Positions 10,567 through 21,738 are shown, numbered from the whole stretch's first letter. The stretch is DNA of 63,584 bases, filler included, from Acidimicrobiia bacterium (GCA_041577335.1; 6 parts of 4 records of this genome joined end to end with filler, not necessarily neighbours in it); one strand, 5' to 3'. The notes: generated by a model from the letters alone, not told the origin. Numbers and translations: made by a program.

Positions 10567-11926
10567 GGCTCGTCAATTCCCTCGTGAGCTCATCGGCCAA
10601 CAAGGTGATGTCACCGGCGCCCATCGTGAGCACCAAGTCGCCGGGGCTCAGCCGCTCGGCGATGTACCGTGCCAGATCGGAGCGGTGCGGCACATAGTGA
10701 ACGATCGACTGCGTACGCGCCTCGGCGGCGTCGGCAACCAGCCGGCCCGTGATGCCCGGCACGGGGACCTCTCGGGCTCCGTACACATCGGTGACGACTA
10801 CATGATCGACACCGGCAAAGGCACTGCCGAACTCGCCATAGAGGCGTTCGGTCCGCGAATACAGGTGCGGCTGGAACACGGCCCACACCCGTCGCCAGTC
10901 CCCGGCCAGGGCTGCGCGAATCGTCGCCATGACCTCGGTGGGATGGTGGGCATAGTCATCGACGATCGTGACCCCGCCGATCGTGCCCTTTCCCTCGAAC
11001 CGGCGTTGGACGCCGCGATAGCGGCGAATTCCCTCGGCGGCGTCAGTCAGGGAATGTCCGAGCTCGCCAAGGAGGGCAAGGGCGCCGGCCGCGTTGAGTG
11101 CATTGTGCAGCCCGGGTTGAGGAACCGTGACGGGCATCGACCAGTCGTCGCGGTGCAGCATGAACGCGACCGAAGAAGCCCCCAGCTCCACGTCGGCCAG
11201 TCGCCACGTGGCTTCGGGATGGGTGCCATAGCCAGTCGCCCGGGTGCGGGCGGCAATGCGGCGAGCGCCGGGGTCGTCGAAACACGCTACTACCGGGCCC
11301 GTTGTCGCGCGTGCGACTGAGGTGAACGCGTCCTCGATGTCGGCGAGCGACTCGTAGAACTCGAGGTGCTCCGCCTCGACGTTGGTGAGCATCAAGCCTC
11401 GCAAGGTCAGCGACAGGAATGTCCCGAACGCCTCATCTGCCTCGAGAACGAGCAGATTCGGATCGCCGAGGCGGGCATTCGTCCCAAACCCGTTGAGCGT
11501 TCCCCCCACCACAAAACTCGGGTCGGCGCCGGTAGCGCGCAGCGCCGCCACGATCATGGCGGTCGACGTCGTCTTTCCGTGGGTGCCGGTTGCTGCCAGG
11601 GCCGGCGTCGCCTGGGTGAGCGCGGCGAGCAGGTCGGGGCGCCGCCACACGGTGATGCCCCTTTGGCGAGCGGCAACCAGTTCGGCATCTCGCTCCGGGA
11701 CCGCGGAGGACGCCACGACGATTTGTGCCTCTGCAATATCCTCGGGTCTGCTGCCCTCCCAGACGCGAATCCCCAGGTCGGCCAGCCCGCGCAGGGACGG
11801 ACCCGCTTTCAGGTCGGACCCCGATACCGTGTGACCCATCTGGCTGAGCAACTTCGCCAGCGCACTCATTCCGGCGCCGCCCGCACCGACGAGATGGATG
11901 ACCTTCGGCGTCGTCAGCTCAGACAT
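10556..11926 (-). CDS. murC: UDP-N-acetylmuramate--L-alanine ligase
   Basis: GAGGAGMSALA, GTHGKTTST, EADE, DDYAHHPTE, FQPHLYSRT. Confidence 0.97.
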   Translation of the reverse strand: MSELTTPKVIHLVGAGGAGMSALAKLLSQMGHTVSGSDLKAGPSLRGLADLGIRVWEGSRPEDIAEAQIVVASSAVPERDAELVAARQRGITVWRRPDLLAALTQATPALAATGTHGKTTSTAMIVAALRATGADPSFVVGGTLNGFGTNARLGDPNLLVLEADEAFGTFLSLTLRGLMLTNVEAEHLEFYESLADIEDAFTSVARATTGPVVACFDDPGARRIAARTRATGYGTHPEATWRLADVELGASSVAFMLHRDDWSMPVTVPQPGLHNALNAAGALALLGELGHSLTDAAEGIRRYRGVQRRFEGKGTIGGVTIVDDYAHHPTEVMATIRAALAGDWRRVWAVFQPHLYSRTERLYGEFGSAFAGVDHVVVTDVYGAREVPVPGITGRLVADAAEARTQSIVHYVPHRSDLARYIAERLSPGDLVLTMGAGDITLLADELTRELTSHES

Positions 11927-13010
11927 GGCGACTCACCAGCGCCTCGGCGATCACCCGTGCCGCCTCCGGATGTCCGATGCGACCCGCCGCCTCGGACATC
12001 GCTCGACGGCGCTCAGGATCGCGGGCCAGCGCTTCGACTGCTGCGACGATGCCGCCCTGATCGCCCTCATCGACGGCCACAGCCGCTCGGTTCTGCACGA
12101 GATAATTGGCGGACGCGTCTTGATGGCCCTTCGAGCCAAAGCCACCTGGCACCAGGATCGAGGGCGTCGCCGTGGCTGTGAGCTCCGCAACCATTCCTCC
12201 AGCTCGAGCAAGCACGAAGTCGATCGCGGCGAAGAAGTATTGCATCTCTGCCTCGAATGGTACGACGGCCCACCGGACAGCCGGAGGAATGTCGGTCTGG
12301 AGGGCGCGTTTCTCATACGCTGCGGCGTTGCGCGTTCCAACCAGGTGCACGATCTGAATGTTGGGGCCGGTCCACCCCGTGACGAGTCGCACCACAGCTT
12401 CGTTCAGGACCGTGGCGCCGAGGCTCCCGCCCACGACACCCACCGTGACCCGATCGGGAAGAAACCCGTATCGCTTCAGGGCAGCAGCCCTCAAATCGGG
12501 TCGAGAAAATGTTGAGAGTGACCGGCGCACGGGGTTGCCGACCGGCGTGCCCATCTCGAGCCCCTCGGTGTCCGGGAACGAAGTGAACGCTTGAACGGCA
12601 CCGCGGGCCATCAACCGGTTGGCCAGGCCGGCGTGGGCGTTTTGCTCCTGCACGAAGTACGGCACGCCTTCGGCGCGAGCTGCCAGTGCCACGGGCACCG
12701 TGGCATATCCGCCTGCGGCCAGGATCACCCCGATCTTGCGAGCGCGAATGATTCGGCGCGCCTGAGTGCGAGCGGACGCGACCGAGCCGGGGATCCTGAG
12801 GTTGTCAAGCGTGATTCGACGCTGCAAGCCTCTCAGTGGAAGGGAAATCAGTTCGAAACCTGCTGCCGGCACCGCTTCGGCCTCGAACCGGGTGCCCCCG
12901 AAGAAGACGACATGGGCAGGATCGATGCCGAGGTCCACCAACGCCTCGGCAACGGCGAGCGCGGGAAACACATGCCCGCCAGTCCCGGCGGCGGCGATCG
13001 CGTAGGTCAT
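11919..13010 (-). CDS. murG: Lipid II GlcNAc transferase MurG
   Basis: AAGTGGHVFPALA, EQNAHAGLANR, GNPVR, GGSLGA. Confidence 0.96.
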   Translation of the reverse strand: MTYAIAAAGTGGHVFPALAVAEALVDLGIDPAHVVFFGGTRFEAEAVPAAGFELISLPLRGLQRRITLDNLRIPGSVASARTQARRIIRARKIGVILAAGGYATVPVALAARAEGVPYFVQEQNAHAGLANRLMARGAVQAFTSFPDTEGLEMGTPVGNPVRRSLSTFSRPDLRAAALKRYGFLPDRVTVGVVGGSLGATVLNEAVVRLVTGWTGPNIQIVHLVGTRNAAAYEKRALQTDIPPAVRWAVVPFEAEMQYFFAAIDFVLARAGGMVAELTATATPSILVPGGFGSKGHQDASANYLVQNRAAVAVDEGDQGGIVAAVEALARDPERRRAMSEAAGRIGHPEAARVIAEALVSRHV

Positions 13011-14194
13011 TTTCTCTTTCGTCTGCTCGCGCCGTGGAGGCCGCCGGGTCGACCTTGGCGGGCGATGTTCACCAGCACACCCGCGGAGCCGAGGGCCATG
13101 ATCAACGCAGTGCCGCCGTACGACACGAACGGAAGAGCGATCCCGGAAATGGGCAGTACGCCCACGACGCCTCCGATGTTGATCATTGCCTGGGCTACGA
13201 TCCAGGCAGTGATCCCACCGGCCAGCAAGCGCCCGAAACGGTCGGGAGCACGCAACGCGATCATCAGACCGAGCACTGAAACGACCGAGAACAACACGAG
13301 GATGAAGGCTGCGCCGACGAACCCGATCTCTTCCCCGATGATCGCGAAGATGAAGTCGGTATGGGCGTTGGGAAGAAACAACCAGCGAGCACGACTCTCC
13401 CCGAGCCCGACCCCGCCGAGACCGCCCGTTCCCAAGGCCTTCAAGCTCTGGTCGAGCTGATAGCCGTCTCCGAGGATGTCGGGGTTGTCAGCGAAGAACG
13501 CGGACACACGGGCCATCCGGTAGTTGGCGGTCACGGCGAACAGCGACGCCAAGGCGAGGCCGGCCAGGATCATGGTCCCGATGTAGCGAAGCGGCGCCGT
13601 GGAGAGGGCGACCACCGTCATTGCACCGGCCACCACGACCAGCGTTGTCCCGAAATCGGGCTCCTGCAGGAGGAGGGCGGCAACGAGGCCGATGGGTATG
13701 CCCACCGGGACAGCGAACTGCCAGAAGCTGTCGAGTCGTCGCTCCTTGTTGGTGAGCACGGCTGCCACCATGACCACGAGGCCGAACTTGGCCAACTCGC
13801 TCGGCTGCATCTGAATCGGCCCCATCGAGATCCAGCGCTGGGCGCCGGCGCGAACATCGCCGACCACCAGCACTGCGACGAGGCCAGCCACGGCCAGCAC
13901 GAAGATCGGCACCGCCATTTTCTGATACCACTGATACGGAACCCGGCTGGCAACGATGGCGAGCCCAACGCCGATGATGAGGGCGAGCGACTGCTGCCGT
14001 ACGAATCCGAATTGATCGCCGCCGTCGAGGCCGACGATCCACGACGCCGACATGGTTGCTCCCAGGCCCACGACAACGAGCACGCCAATCACTGCCATCA
14101 AGAATGTCGCGGCCCGATCATTGACGATCTTGTTCTCTGCCCTTCGCTTGGCAGTCGAGCGCGCCTTGGCAATGGAAGTCACGCCGGTGGTCAT
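13007..14194 (-). CDS. ftsW: SEDS peptidoglycan polymerase FtsW
   Basis: QPSELAK, EPDFGT, LPNAHTDFIFAIIGEE, LPFVSYGG; ATG 14194 overlaps murD stop. Confidence 0.96.
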   Translation of the reverse strand: MTTGVTSIAKARSTAKRRAENKIVNDRAATFLMAVIGVLVVVGLGATMSASWIVGLDGGDQFGFVRQQSLALIIGVGLAIVASRVPYQWYQKMAVPIFVLAVAGLVAVLVVGDVRAGAQRWISMGPIQMQPSELAKFGLVVMVAAVLTNKERRLDSFWQFAVPVGIPIGLVAALLLQEPDFGTTLVVVAGAMTVVALSTAPLRYIGTMILAGLALASLFAVTANYRMARVSAFFADNPDILGDGYQLDQSLKALGTGGLGGVGLGESRARWLFLPNAHTDFIFAIIGEEIGFVGAAFILVLFSVVSVLGLMIALRAPDRFGRLLAGGITAWIVAQAMINIGGVVGVLPISGIALPFVSYGGTALIMALGSAGVLVNIARQGRPGGLHGASRRKRK

Positions 14195-15495
14195 GACAGC
14201 TCCTCCTTCTGAGCCAGCTCGTGCACGATGTCTGCGAACGCCTGACCGCGTGCTTGGTAATTCTCGAACATGTCGAAGCTCGCACACCCTGGTGACAACA
14301 AGACAACGTCGCCGGGTTTGGCGAGCGAGCGCGCAATTGCCACTGCGTGCTCGAGCGAATCTGCCCTGACAACTGGTCCGGAGGCGGCCGCCTCGAGCTC
14401 GGCGGCGGCCTCGCCGAGCGTGATGAGGTGACGAAGCTGTGGAGCGCGCGCCAGCGGACTGAGGTCGAGTCCCTTGTTGCGACCGCCTGCGATGAGCACC
14501 ACCGACGGGTATGCCTCGACGGCGGCCAGGGAAGCATGCGGGTTGGTGCCCTTCGAGTCGTCGACATAGGGAACACCCCCGATGGCGCCCACCACGGTTC
14601 TTCGATGCTGACCAGGCGTGAATTCTCGAACGACCTGGTCGATGGCCGCCGCGCTCGCCCCGGCAGATCCGGCTGCTGCGCATGCGGCCGCCAAGTCCAA
14701 CAAATAGGCTCGATCCGAGACGGCCAGGTCAGACACCGGGATAGCCGTGTGCCCTGTGCGAAAGAGGTCTCCGTCGCGGCCGATACCGTCGGAGGGGACC
14801 GACAGACCGCTCACTCCGATGGTCCTGCCGGCAGCATCGGATGAGAGCAACGCGGCCGTTTCGTCATCGAGGTCGAACACCAACACATCGTCTGCCGTCT
14901 GGTTCTCGAGGATTCGCGCCTTGGCTGCGACGTAGTTCGCCCGACTTCCATGCCAGTCGAGGTGGTCGTCGGAGACGTTGAGGATCACCGCAACGGAAGG
15001 ATGGAACGTGTCGATGAAGCGCAGCTGGAAACTCGACGCTTCGACGACCACGGTATCCCATTGACGATCGGCGATCTCGCTGAGGGCCGTGCCGATGTTT
15101 CCGGCAGCCACGGTGTTCTGGCCAGAACCGGCGAGCATGTCGGCCACCAAGCCCGTCACCGTCGTCTTGCCGTTGGTACCCGTGATCGCCACAACCGGCG
15201 CGGTCAGAGCTCGCGAGCCGTACTCCAGTTCGCTCCAAATGGGCATGCGAGCTTCCAAAGCGTCCGTTATGGGTCTCGATCGCTCCGGTATGCCGGGGCT
15301 GGTCACCACCAGCTCTATGCCTTCGAGCAGGTCGGCCGACCAAGCTCCGCCGACGACGGCGAGACCAGAGGCGAGAAGATCCTGTCCGGCCGCCGGGTCG
15401 GAGTCGAAAACGGTGACTGAGTCGCCACGCCGCACGGCCAACTGCGCGGCGGCTCTCCCGGAAATCCCGGCGCCCAGCACCAACACGCGCGTCAC
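14191..15495 (-). CDS. murD: UDP-MurNAc-L-Ala--D-Glu ligase
   Basis: VLGAGISG, GTNGKTT, EASSFQL, DDSKGTN, LLSPGCASFDMF; GTG 15495 overlaps mraY stop. Confidence 0.96.
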   Translation of the reverse strand: MTRVLVLGAGISGRAAAQLAVRRGDSVTVFDSDPAAGQDLLASGLAVVGGAWSADLLEGIELVVTSPGIPERSRPITDALEARMPIWSELEYGSRALTAPVVAITGTNGKTTVTGLVADMLAGSGQNTVAAGNIGTALSEIADRQWDTVVVEASSFQLRFIDTFHPSVAVILNVSDDHLDWHGSRANYVAAKARILENQTADDVLVFDLDDETAALLSSDAAGRTIGVSGLSVPSDGIGRDGDLFRTGHTAIPVSDLAVSDRAYLLDLAAACAAAGSAGASAAAIDQVVREFTPGQHRRTVVGAIGGVPYVDDSKGTNPHASLAAVEAYPSVVLIAGGRNKGLDLSPLARAPQLRHLITLGEAAAELEAAASGPVVRADSLEHAVAIARSLAKPGDVVLLSPGCASFDMFENYQARGQAFADIVHELAQKEELS

Positions 15496-16497
15496 AGCAA
15501 TCCCCCTGATGTCACGAAGTCCCCATAGAACAAGCCGAGACCGAGTGCGACGCCAATGGCCGCGATGATCCAGAACCGCACGATGATGGTGGTCTCCGGC
15601 CAACCGACAAACTCGAAGTGATGGTGGATCGGGGCGATTCGGAAGATCCGCCGGCCGAGCAGGCGGAAGCTGCCGACCTGAAGAATCACCGACATGGTCT
15701 CCAAGACAAAGAGCCCGCCCAGGATGGGCAGCAAGAGCTCGGTGTGGGTGAGCAGTGCCAATGCTGCAATGCCGCCGCCGAGGCTCTGCGATCCAACATC
15801 TCCCATGATGATCTTGGCGGGGGCGGTGTTCCACCACAGGAAACCGAGTGTCGCGCCGAACATGGCGGCTGCGAATCGGGCCAAGTCGAGCGCCGAGAGC
15901 TCCAGGGCCACGAAGTCTCCGTAGAACGACGGATTCCTGAAGATCCAGAATGTGATGATCATGTATGCGGCGGTCACCAGCGCACTCGATCCCGAAGCGA
16001 GACCGTCGAGACCGTCGGTGAGATTCACCGCGTTGGCGGTAGCGGTGAGCATGACAACTGCCACGACGATGAAAGCCCACAGCGGGAGGCCGAAGCCAAG
16101 CGGCTGGGTGAACCCAATGTCGAACACCATGTCCGATCTCGACAATGCCCAGGCAAACACTCCTGCAATCGCCAGCTGCCCGCCAAACTTACCGGCCTTG
16201 GACAGCCCGAGATTGCGCTCTTGGGATACCTTTTGATAATCGTCGAGGAACCCAATGACCCCCATGCCGACGAATGCCAGAACCGCCAGCATCCCGCCCG
16301 TGGTGAGCGGCAGCACCGTGAGAGCGGCGTTCCCAGAGCTCACCGACAACGAGAAATGGGAAAGCGCATATCCGGCCAGCACGGCGATCACGATCACGAT
16401 GCCACCCATCGTGGGCGTCCCGTGCTTATGCATGTGGCCCTCGAGTTCCTCCTGGATGAACTGGCCGATATTCCGCCTCCGAAGAACCCGAATCGCG
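15492..16497 (-). CDS. mraY: Phospho-MurNAc-pentapeptide transferase (5' truncated by contig edge)
   Basis: GTPTMGG, GFLDD, NAVNLTDGLDGL, MGDVGS, APIHHHFE; frame open to gap. Confidence 0.96.
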
Positions 16498-16597
16498 NNN
16501 NNNNNNNNNNNNNNNNNNNNNNNNNNNNNNNNNNNNNNNNNTTAATTAATTAANNNNNNNNNNNNNNNNNNNNNNNNNNNNNNNNNNNNNNNNNNNN
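16498..16597. other. Artificial contig linker
   Basis: N-run, TTAATTAATTAA (six-frame stop), N-run. Confidence 0.99.
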
Positions 16598-16705
16598 CTT
16601 GCCCGCCTGAGCCCGACCATCGAGACCCTTGCCGCAGCCGAGGGCCTCACGGCTCACGGGTTGGCTGCGGCGATCAGATTCGAAACGGAAAGGCCCACAT
16701 CGTGA
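16598..16705 (+). CDS. hisD: Histidinol dehydrogenase, 3' fragment
   Basis: Manual translation LARLSPTIETLAAAEGLTAHGLAAAIRF..*, matching HisD C-terminal LA..EGL.AH..A..R; GTGA overlap with hisB. Confidence 0.8.
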   Translation, partial: LARLSPTIETLAAAEGLTAHGLAAAIRFETERPTS

Positions 16706-17289
16706 CCAGAGCGGCGTCCATATCGCGGCAGACCCTGGAGACCAGCGTCTCGGTGACCGTCGACCTCGACGGTACGGGATCGTGCAAGGTCCGCACCGGT
16801 GTCGGCTTCTTCGATCATGTCCTCACCTCCTTCGGTCACCACTCGCTCATCGACCTCACCATCGAGGTCGACGGCGATCTCGAGGTGGACGACCATCACA
16901 CCGTTGAGGACACCGCTCTGGTCCTGGGTCAGGCACTCGGTGAGTCGTTGGGGGACCGTTCAGGAATCATGCGATTCGGCCAAGCCACGATCCCGATGGA
17001 TGAAGCGCTCGCGCAATGCGCAGTCGATGTAGGGGGCCGTCCCTTCGGGGTGATCGAACTGCCGCTCCGCACTCCCTATATCGGGAACCTCACCACCCAG
17101 AACCTCGCCCATGCCCTCGAGGCGCTGGCCCGCACGGCCGGGTTCACGGTGCATCTCGAGGCGTCGGGAAGCAACGACCATCACATCGCCGAGGCGGCGT
17201 TCAAGGCGCTGGCGCGCTCCGTGCGAATGGCCGTGACAATCGACGATCATCGCCTGGGAATCGCATCCACCAAGGGTCGGGTCACGTGA
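16702..17289 (+). CDS. hisB: Imidazoleglycerol-phosphate dehydratase
   Basis: DDHHTVED, PMDEALA, NDHHIAEAAFKA, STKG. Confidence 0.97.
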   Translation: MTRAASISRQTLETSVSVTVDLDGTGSCKVRTGVGFFDHVLTSFGHHSLIDLTIEVDGDLEVDDHHTVEDTALVLGQALGESLGDRSGIMRFGQATIPMDEALAQCAVDVGGRPFGVIELPLRTPYIGNLTTQNLAHALEALARTAGFTVHLEASGSNDHHIAEAAFKALARSVRMAVTIDDHRLGIASTKGRVT

Positions 17290-17299
17290 GGAGCCGGCC

Positions 17300-17905
17300 A
17301 TGGTGAAGCTGGCGGTGGTTGACCACGGCGCCGGCAACCTTGTCTCGATTCGCCAGGGACTCGAAGAGGTCGGGGCGGAAGTCGAAGTGGTCACCACGCC
17401 GGATTTCGGCCGCGCCGACGGCGTGGTTCTCCCCGGCGTCGGCGCCACTGCGGCAACCATGGAGCGACTATCGGCTGCCGGCTTCGTGGAACCGCTGCGC
17501 GCCCTCACCCGCCCACTTCTCGGCGTCTGTGTCGGCATGCAGGTGCTGTTCGACACATCGGCGGAGGACGGAGCCGAATGCCTCGGCATAATCTCCGGGA
17601 CCGTCGAACGACTGAGGGATGCTCCCCGCCTTCCCCACATGGGATGGAACGAGCTGCGCATCGTTCGACCCGACCCGCTTCTTGCCGGCCTCGGCGACCA
17701 ACCGCTCTTCTACTTCGTGCACAGCTATGCCCCCCTTCCGCTCGACCCTTCTGTGGTCGTAGCCACAGCCTCCCATGGAACCCCGTTGGTGGCTGCAGTC
17801 CGGCAACGGAACGTATGGGGAGCGCAGTTCCACCCGGAGCGATCGGGGCCGGCGGGGCTGCGTCTGCTCGCCAATTTCACCAAAGAGGTGCAGCGTGCTG
17901 CGTAA
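17300..17905 (+). CDS. hisH: IGP synthase glutaminase subunit
   Basis: LPGVG, GVCVGMQ, PHMGWN, YFVHSY, QFHPERS. Confidence 0.96.
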   Translation: MVKLAVVDHGAGNLVSIRQGLEEVGAEVEVVTTPDFGRADGVVLPGVGATAATMERLSAAGFVEPLRALTRPLLGVCVGMQVLFDTSAEDGAECLGIISGTVERLRDAPRLPHMGWNELRIVRPDPLLAGLGDQPLFYFVHSYAPLPLDPSVVVATASHGTPLVAAVRQRNVWGAQFHPERSGPAGLRLLANFTKEVQRAA

Positions 17906-18656
17906 ACGAGTGATTCCCTGCCTCGACGTTGCCGACGGCAGGGTCGTGAAAGGAGTCAACTTCCAAAACCTCTCCGACGAAGGAGACCCCGTCGAGCTGG
18001 CTCGCCGCTACGCCGCCGAAGGGGCCGACGAGATCGTTTACCTCGACATATCTGCCTCCCCGCACGGCCGGGCAATCCTGCTTGACCTCGTCCGGAGAAC
18101 CGCCGCCGGAGTCTTCATACCGCTCAGCGTCGCAGGCGGCGTCCGCTCGGTGGACGACATGCGAGCTGTCCTGCGGGCGGGCGCCGACAAGGTCGGCATA
18201 AACACGGCCGCAGTGGAGCGTCCCGAGTTGGTGGCCGAGTGTGCCTCTGCCTTCGGCTCGCAGTGTGTGGTCGTATCCATCGACGCCGCTCGCCGGCGTG
18301 GGTGGTGGGAAGTCGTGACGAACGGCGGACGAATGCCCACCGGCCGCGATGCCGTGGAGTGGGCCCGTGAGGCCACAGAGCTTGGTGCCGGCGAGATACT
18401 GCTCACTTCGATCGACCGCGACGGCACCAAGGACGGGTACGACATCGAGCTCACCCGGACCATCAGCAGCGCAGTGCCCGTGCCGGTCATTGCCTCCGGT
18501 GGAGCAGGAACAGTCGGTCATTGCGTTGCGGCCATCGCGTCAGGAGATGCCGAGGCCGTGTTGGCCGCCAGCATCTTCCACCGCTCCGAGATCTCTATCC
18601 GCGAAGTCCAGCGAGCAATCTCCGCAGCCGGCTATCCGACCCGGGCAACGGCATGA
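17895..18656 (+). CDS. hisF: IGP synthase cyclase subunit
   Basis: [41 protein letters not shown] 17895. Confidence 0.97.
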   Translation: MLRKRVIPCLDVADGRVVKGVNFQNLSDEGDPVELARRYAAEGADEIVYLDISASPHGRAILLDLVRRTAAGVFIPLSVAGGVRSVDDMRAVLRAGADKVGINTAAVERPELVAECASAFGSQCVVVSIDAARRRGWWEVVTNGGRMPTGRDAVEWAREATELGAGEILLTSIDRDGTKDGYDIELTRTISSAVPVPVIASGGAGTVGHCVAAIASGDAEAVLAASIFHRSEISIREVQRAISAAGYPTRATA

Positions 18657-19273
18657 TTCCCACCAATCTCGAGTTCGACCGCGATGGCCTGATCACCGTC
18701 GTGGCCCAGGACGCCGCTACCGCCCAGGTGCGGATGGTCGGATGGATGACCGCCGAAGCGCTCGACCTCACCACCCGCACCGGCGACGTCCATTTCTGGA
18801 GCCGCAGCCGCCAAACCATGTGGAGAAAAGGGGCAACGAGCGGGAACACGCTCCGCGTGGTCGACATCGCTGCCGACTGTGACGGCGATACGCTGCTCAT
18901 CAAGGTCGAGGCCGCCGGGCCGACCTGCCACACCGGTTCACAAAGCTGTTTCGGCGACGCAGCCATCCCCGGTTTCGCTTGGCTCGACCAGCTCGAGTCG
19001 GTCATCGTCGCTCGGATCACGGATGCAGAGCCCGCCAGCTACACGGCAGAGCTGGCCTCCCAAGGTGTGGAAGGCCCGGCACGGAAACTCCTCGAAGAGG
19101 CAGGTGAGGTGGCATTCGCAGCCAAAGACCACTCCGTGACGCCCGGTGCCGATACGGCAGCCGCGGTGACCTCCGAAGCCGCAGATGTCCTGTACCACCT
19201 GCTGGTGTTGCTGGCAGAGCGGGGAATACCCGCCGGCACGGTGGTTGACGAGCTTCGCTCCCGCCACCGGTGA
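18653..19273 (+). CDS. hisIE: Bifunctional PR-AMP cyclohydrolase / PR-ATP pyrophosphatase
   Basis: FWSRSR, KGATSG, DCDGD, CHTG..SCF then [20 protein letters not shown]. Confidence 0.94.
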   Translation: MIPTNLEFDRDGLITVVAQDAATAQVRMVGWMTAEALDLTTRTGDVHFWSRSRQTMWRKGATSGNTLRVVDIAADCDGDTLLIKVEAAGPTCHTGSQSCFGDAAIPGFAWLDQLESVIVARITDAEPASYTAELASQGVEGPARKLLEEAGEVAFAAKDHSVTPGADTAAAVTSEAADVLYHLLVLLAERGIPAGTVVDELRSRHR

Positions 19274-19375
19274 CCTCGGCGCGACAATTGTCGCATTGGC
19301 CGACAATTGGAACAGGCGCAGCCGTCGGCGCGTTGGAACCACATAGACGCCCACCCGACAAATTGCGGAGGAACC

Positions 19376-20797
19376 ATGACCACCAACACCGACTATGACG
19401 TGCTCGTCATCGGCGCCGGACCTGCCGGCGAAAACGTCGCCGATGTCGCCACCCAGGGAGGCCTCAAGGTGGCCATTGTGGAACGTCAGCTTGTTGGCGG
19501 AGAATGCTCGTACTGGGGATGCATGCCTTCCAAAGCCCTGCTCCGGCCCGGCGAGGCGATGCGCATGATGAAGCGAGTTCCCGGTGCACGAGCCGCCCTC
19601 ACGGGTGACCTCGACGTCGAGAAGGCCCTGAAGCGCCGCAACTCACTCGCTGCCAACTGGGACGACTCAGGACAGGTGAACTGGCTCGACAGCGCCAACG
19701 TCGATCTCATCCGCGGTCACGGTCGACTTGCCGGCGAACGCACCGTGGAGGTCACTACCGATGATGGCACCGTCACCCGGTTCGCAGCCGCCAAGGCTGT
19801 CGTCGTAGCCGTCGGAACCGGCGCTCTCATCCCTCCCATCGAAGGCTTGCGGGAAACTCGCACCTGGGACAATCGCGATATCACCGAGGCCAAGGAAGTG
19901 CCCCGGCGCCTGCTTGTGCTCGGCGGCGGCGTCATCGGTGTCGAAATGGCACAAGCGTGGAACGATCTCGGCAGCGAGGAGGTCACGATCGTGGAGATGG
20001 CTCCGCGTCTCCTCCCCCGGGAGGAGCCATTCGTGGGCGCCGAGCTCAAGGAAGCTCTGGAGAGTTACGGCATCACCGTCCACGTCGAGTCCAAGATGGT
20101 CAAGGTGGAACGCGATGCCTCGGACGCCCCTGTGCGGGGGCACCTCGAAAACGGGATCATCGTGGAAGCCGATGAGATCCTGGTTGCGATCGGACGACGC
20201 CCGCTCACGGCCGATCTCGGGCTCGAGACGGTTGGCCTGGAGCCAGGCAAGTTCATCCAGGTCGACGAACATCTCCTCGCTACGGGAATCGACGGCCGGT
20301 GGCTCTACGTCGTTGGCGACGTGAACGGACGCGCGCTGCTCACCCATGCCGGCAAGTACCAAGCACGCATCGCCGGCAATCACATCGCCGGGCATGACAC
20401 CAAGGCATGGGGCGACGTCGCAGCCGTTCCGCGAGTGATCTTCACCGATCCGGCCATTGCCGCAGTCGGTTTGACGGAGGCCGAAGCCGCCGATCGAGGA
20501 ATGAACGTTCACACCGTGCAATACGATGTCGGTTGGACTGCGGGAGCGGCAGCCTTGGGCCAGGGGATCAAAGGCACCAGCCAGCTGGTCATCGATGGCG
20601 ACCGCCAGACCATCGTTGGCGCCACATTTGTTGGGCCTGGCGTCGGCGAGCTGCTTCACGCAGCCACCATCGCCATCGTCGGCGAGGTCGACCTCAACAC
20701 GTTGTGGCACGCCATCCCCTCGTTCCCAACCATCAGCGAGATCTGGCTGAGGTTCTCCGAGGCCTACCGCGACAAATACAGCGTGCACTTCACGTAG
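19376..20797 (+). CDS. Pyridine nucleotide-disulfide oxidoreductase (Lpd/MerA-like family)
   Basis: GAGPAG FAD motif, redox ECSYWGCMPSK, GGGVIGVE NAD(P) motif; RBS GGAGG. Confidence 0.9.
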   Translation: MTTNTDYDVLVIGAGPAGENVADVATQGGLKVAIVERQLVGGECSYWGCMPSKALLRPGEAMRMMKRVPGARAALTGDLDVEKALKRRNSLAANWDDSGQVNWLDSANVDLIRGHGRLAGERTVEVTTDDGTVTRFAAAKAVVVAVGTGALIPPIEGLRETRTWDNRDITEAKEVPRRLLVLGGGVIGVEMAQAWNDLGSEEVTIVEMAPRLLPREEPFVGAELKEALESYGITVHVESKMVKVERDASDAPVRGHLENGIIVEADEILVAIGRRPLTADLGLETVGLEPGKFIQVDEHLLATGIDGRWLYVVGDVNGRALLTHAGKYQARIAGNHIAGHDTKAWGDVAAVPRVIFTDPAIAAVGLTEAEAADRGMNVHTVQYDVGWTAGAAALGQGIKGTSQLVIDGDRQTIVGATFVGPGVGELLHAATIAIVGEVDLNTLWHAIPSFPTISEIWLRFSEAYRDKYSVHFT

Positions 20798-20817
20798 GTC
20801 GCGCAAGCACCGTTCTC

Positions 20818-21638
20818 TCAGACCTCCACCGGGTCGGCCTTGCCGATAACCACGATCCCGCTGTCGGTGACTGTGAATCGCTCCCGGTCTCGGTCGAGAT
20901 CGATGCCGATCTTGGCGCCCGCAGGCACCTCGACGTTCTTGTCGATGATCGCTCGCTTCACCTGGGCGCCCCGGCCGATATCGACACCGGAGAAGATGAT
21001 CGAGTCGTGGACCTCCGAATAGGAGTTGACCCGGACTTGGGGCGAGATCACTGATGTGTGGACCGAGCCTCCCGAGATGATGGCTCCGGCGCTGACGAGT
21101 GAGTTCACAGCCTCCCCGCGACGGTCGGCCGCATCGTGGACGAACTTGGCGGGCGGACGAGGGAAGTTCCATGTGAAGATCGGCCATTCCGAGTTATACA
21201 GATCAAACTGGGGATCAATGGATGTCAGGTCCATGCTCGAGTCGAAGTAGGCGTCGATCGAGCCGACGTCACGCCAATAGCCGCGCTCACGTTCGCTCTG
21301 GCCGGGAACGTCGTTATCTGCGAAGTCGTACCCATACGCCACTCCCTCGTCGACCAGAGCGGGCACGATGTTGCCTCCCATGTCGTGCGCGGTCTCGGCT
21401 TCCTGGTCGGCCAGAATGGCTCGGCGCAGCACGTCCGTCCGGAAGATGTAGTTGCCCATCGAGGCCAAGGCAATGTCGGGGTGGCCCGCCAGGGCGGGAG
21501 GGTCGTCGGGCTTTTCGAGAAACTGGCTGATCTTCCTGTCGGCACTCATGTCGAGAACACCGAAGGCAGATGCCTCGGCGCGGGGAACGCGAATGGCGGC
21601 GACGGTCACCCCGGCGCCAGACTCCAGGTGCTGATCGA
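20818..21638 (-). CDS. glgC: Glucose-1-phosphate adenylyltransferase (5' truncated)
   Basis: FLEKP, ASMGNYIF, YWRDVG, PPAKFV, left-handed beta-helix tail AIIDKNV. Confidence 0.95.
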
Positions 21639-21738
21639 NNNNNNNNNNNNNNNNNNNNNNNNNNNNNNNNNNNNNNNNNNNNTTAATTAATTAANNNNNN
21701 NNNNNNNNNNNNNNNNNNNNNNNNNNNNNNNNNNNNNN
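21639..21738. other. Artificial contig linker
   Basis: N-run/TTAATTAATTAA/N-run. Confidence 0.99.

Noticed and set aside
13007..16080. Extended ftsW (558 aa) and murD (629 aa) ORFs as fusions
   Set aside because: Extensions are out-of-frame overlaps with upstream genes; true starts are at stop-start overlaps 14194 and 15495
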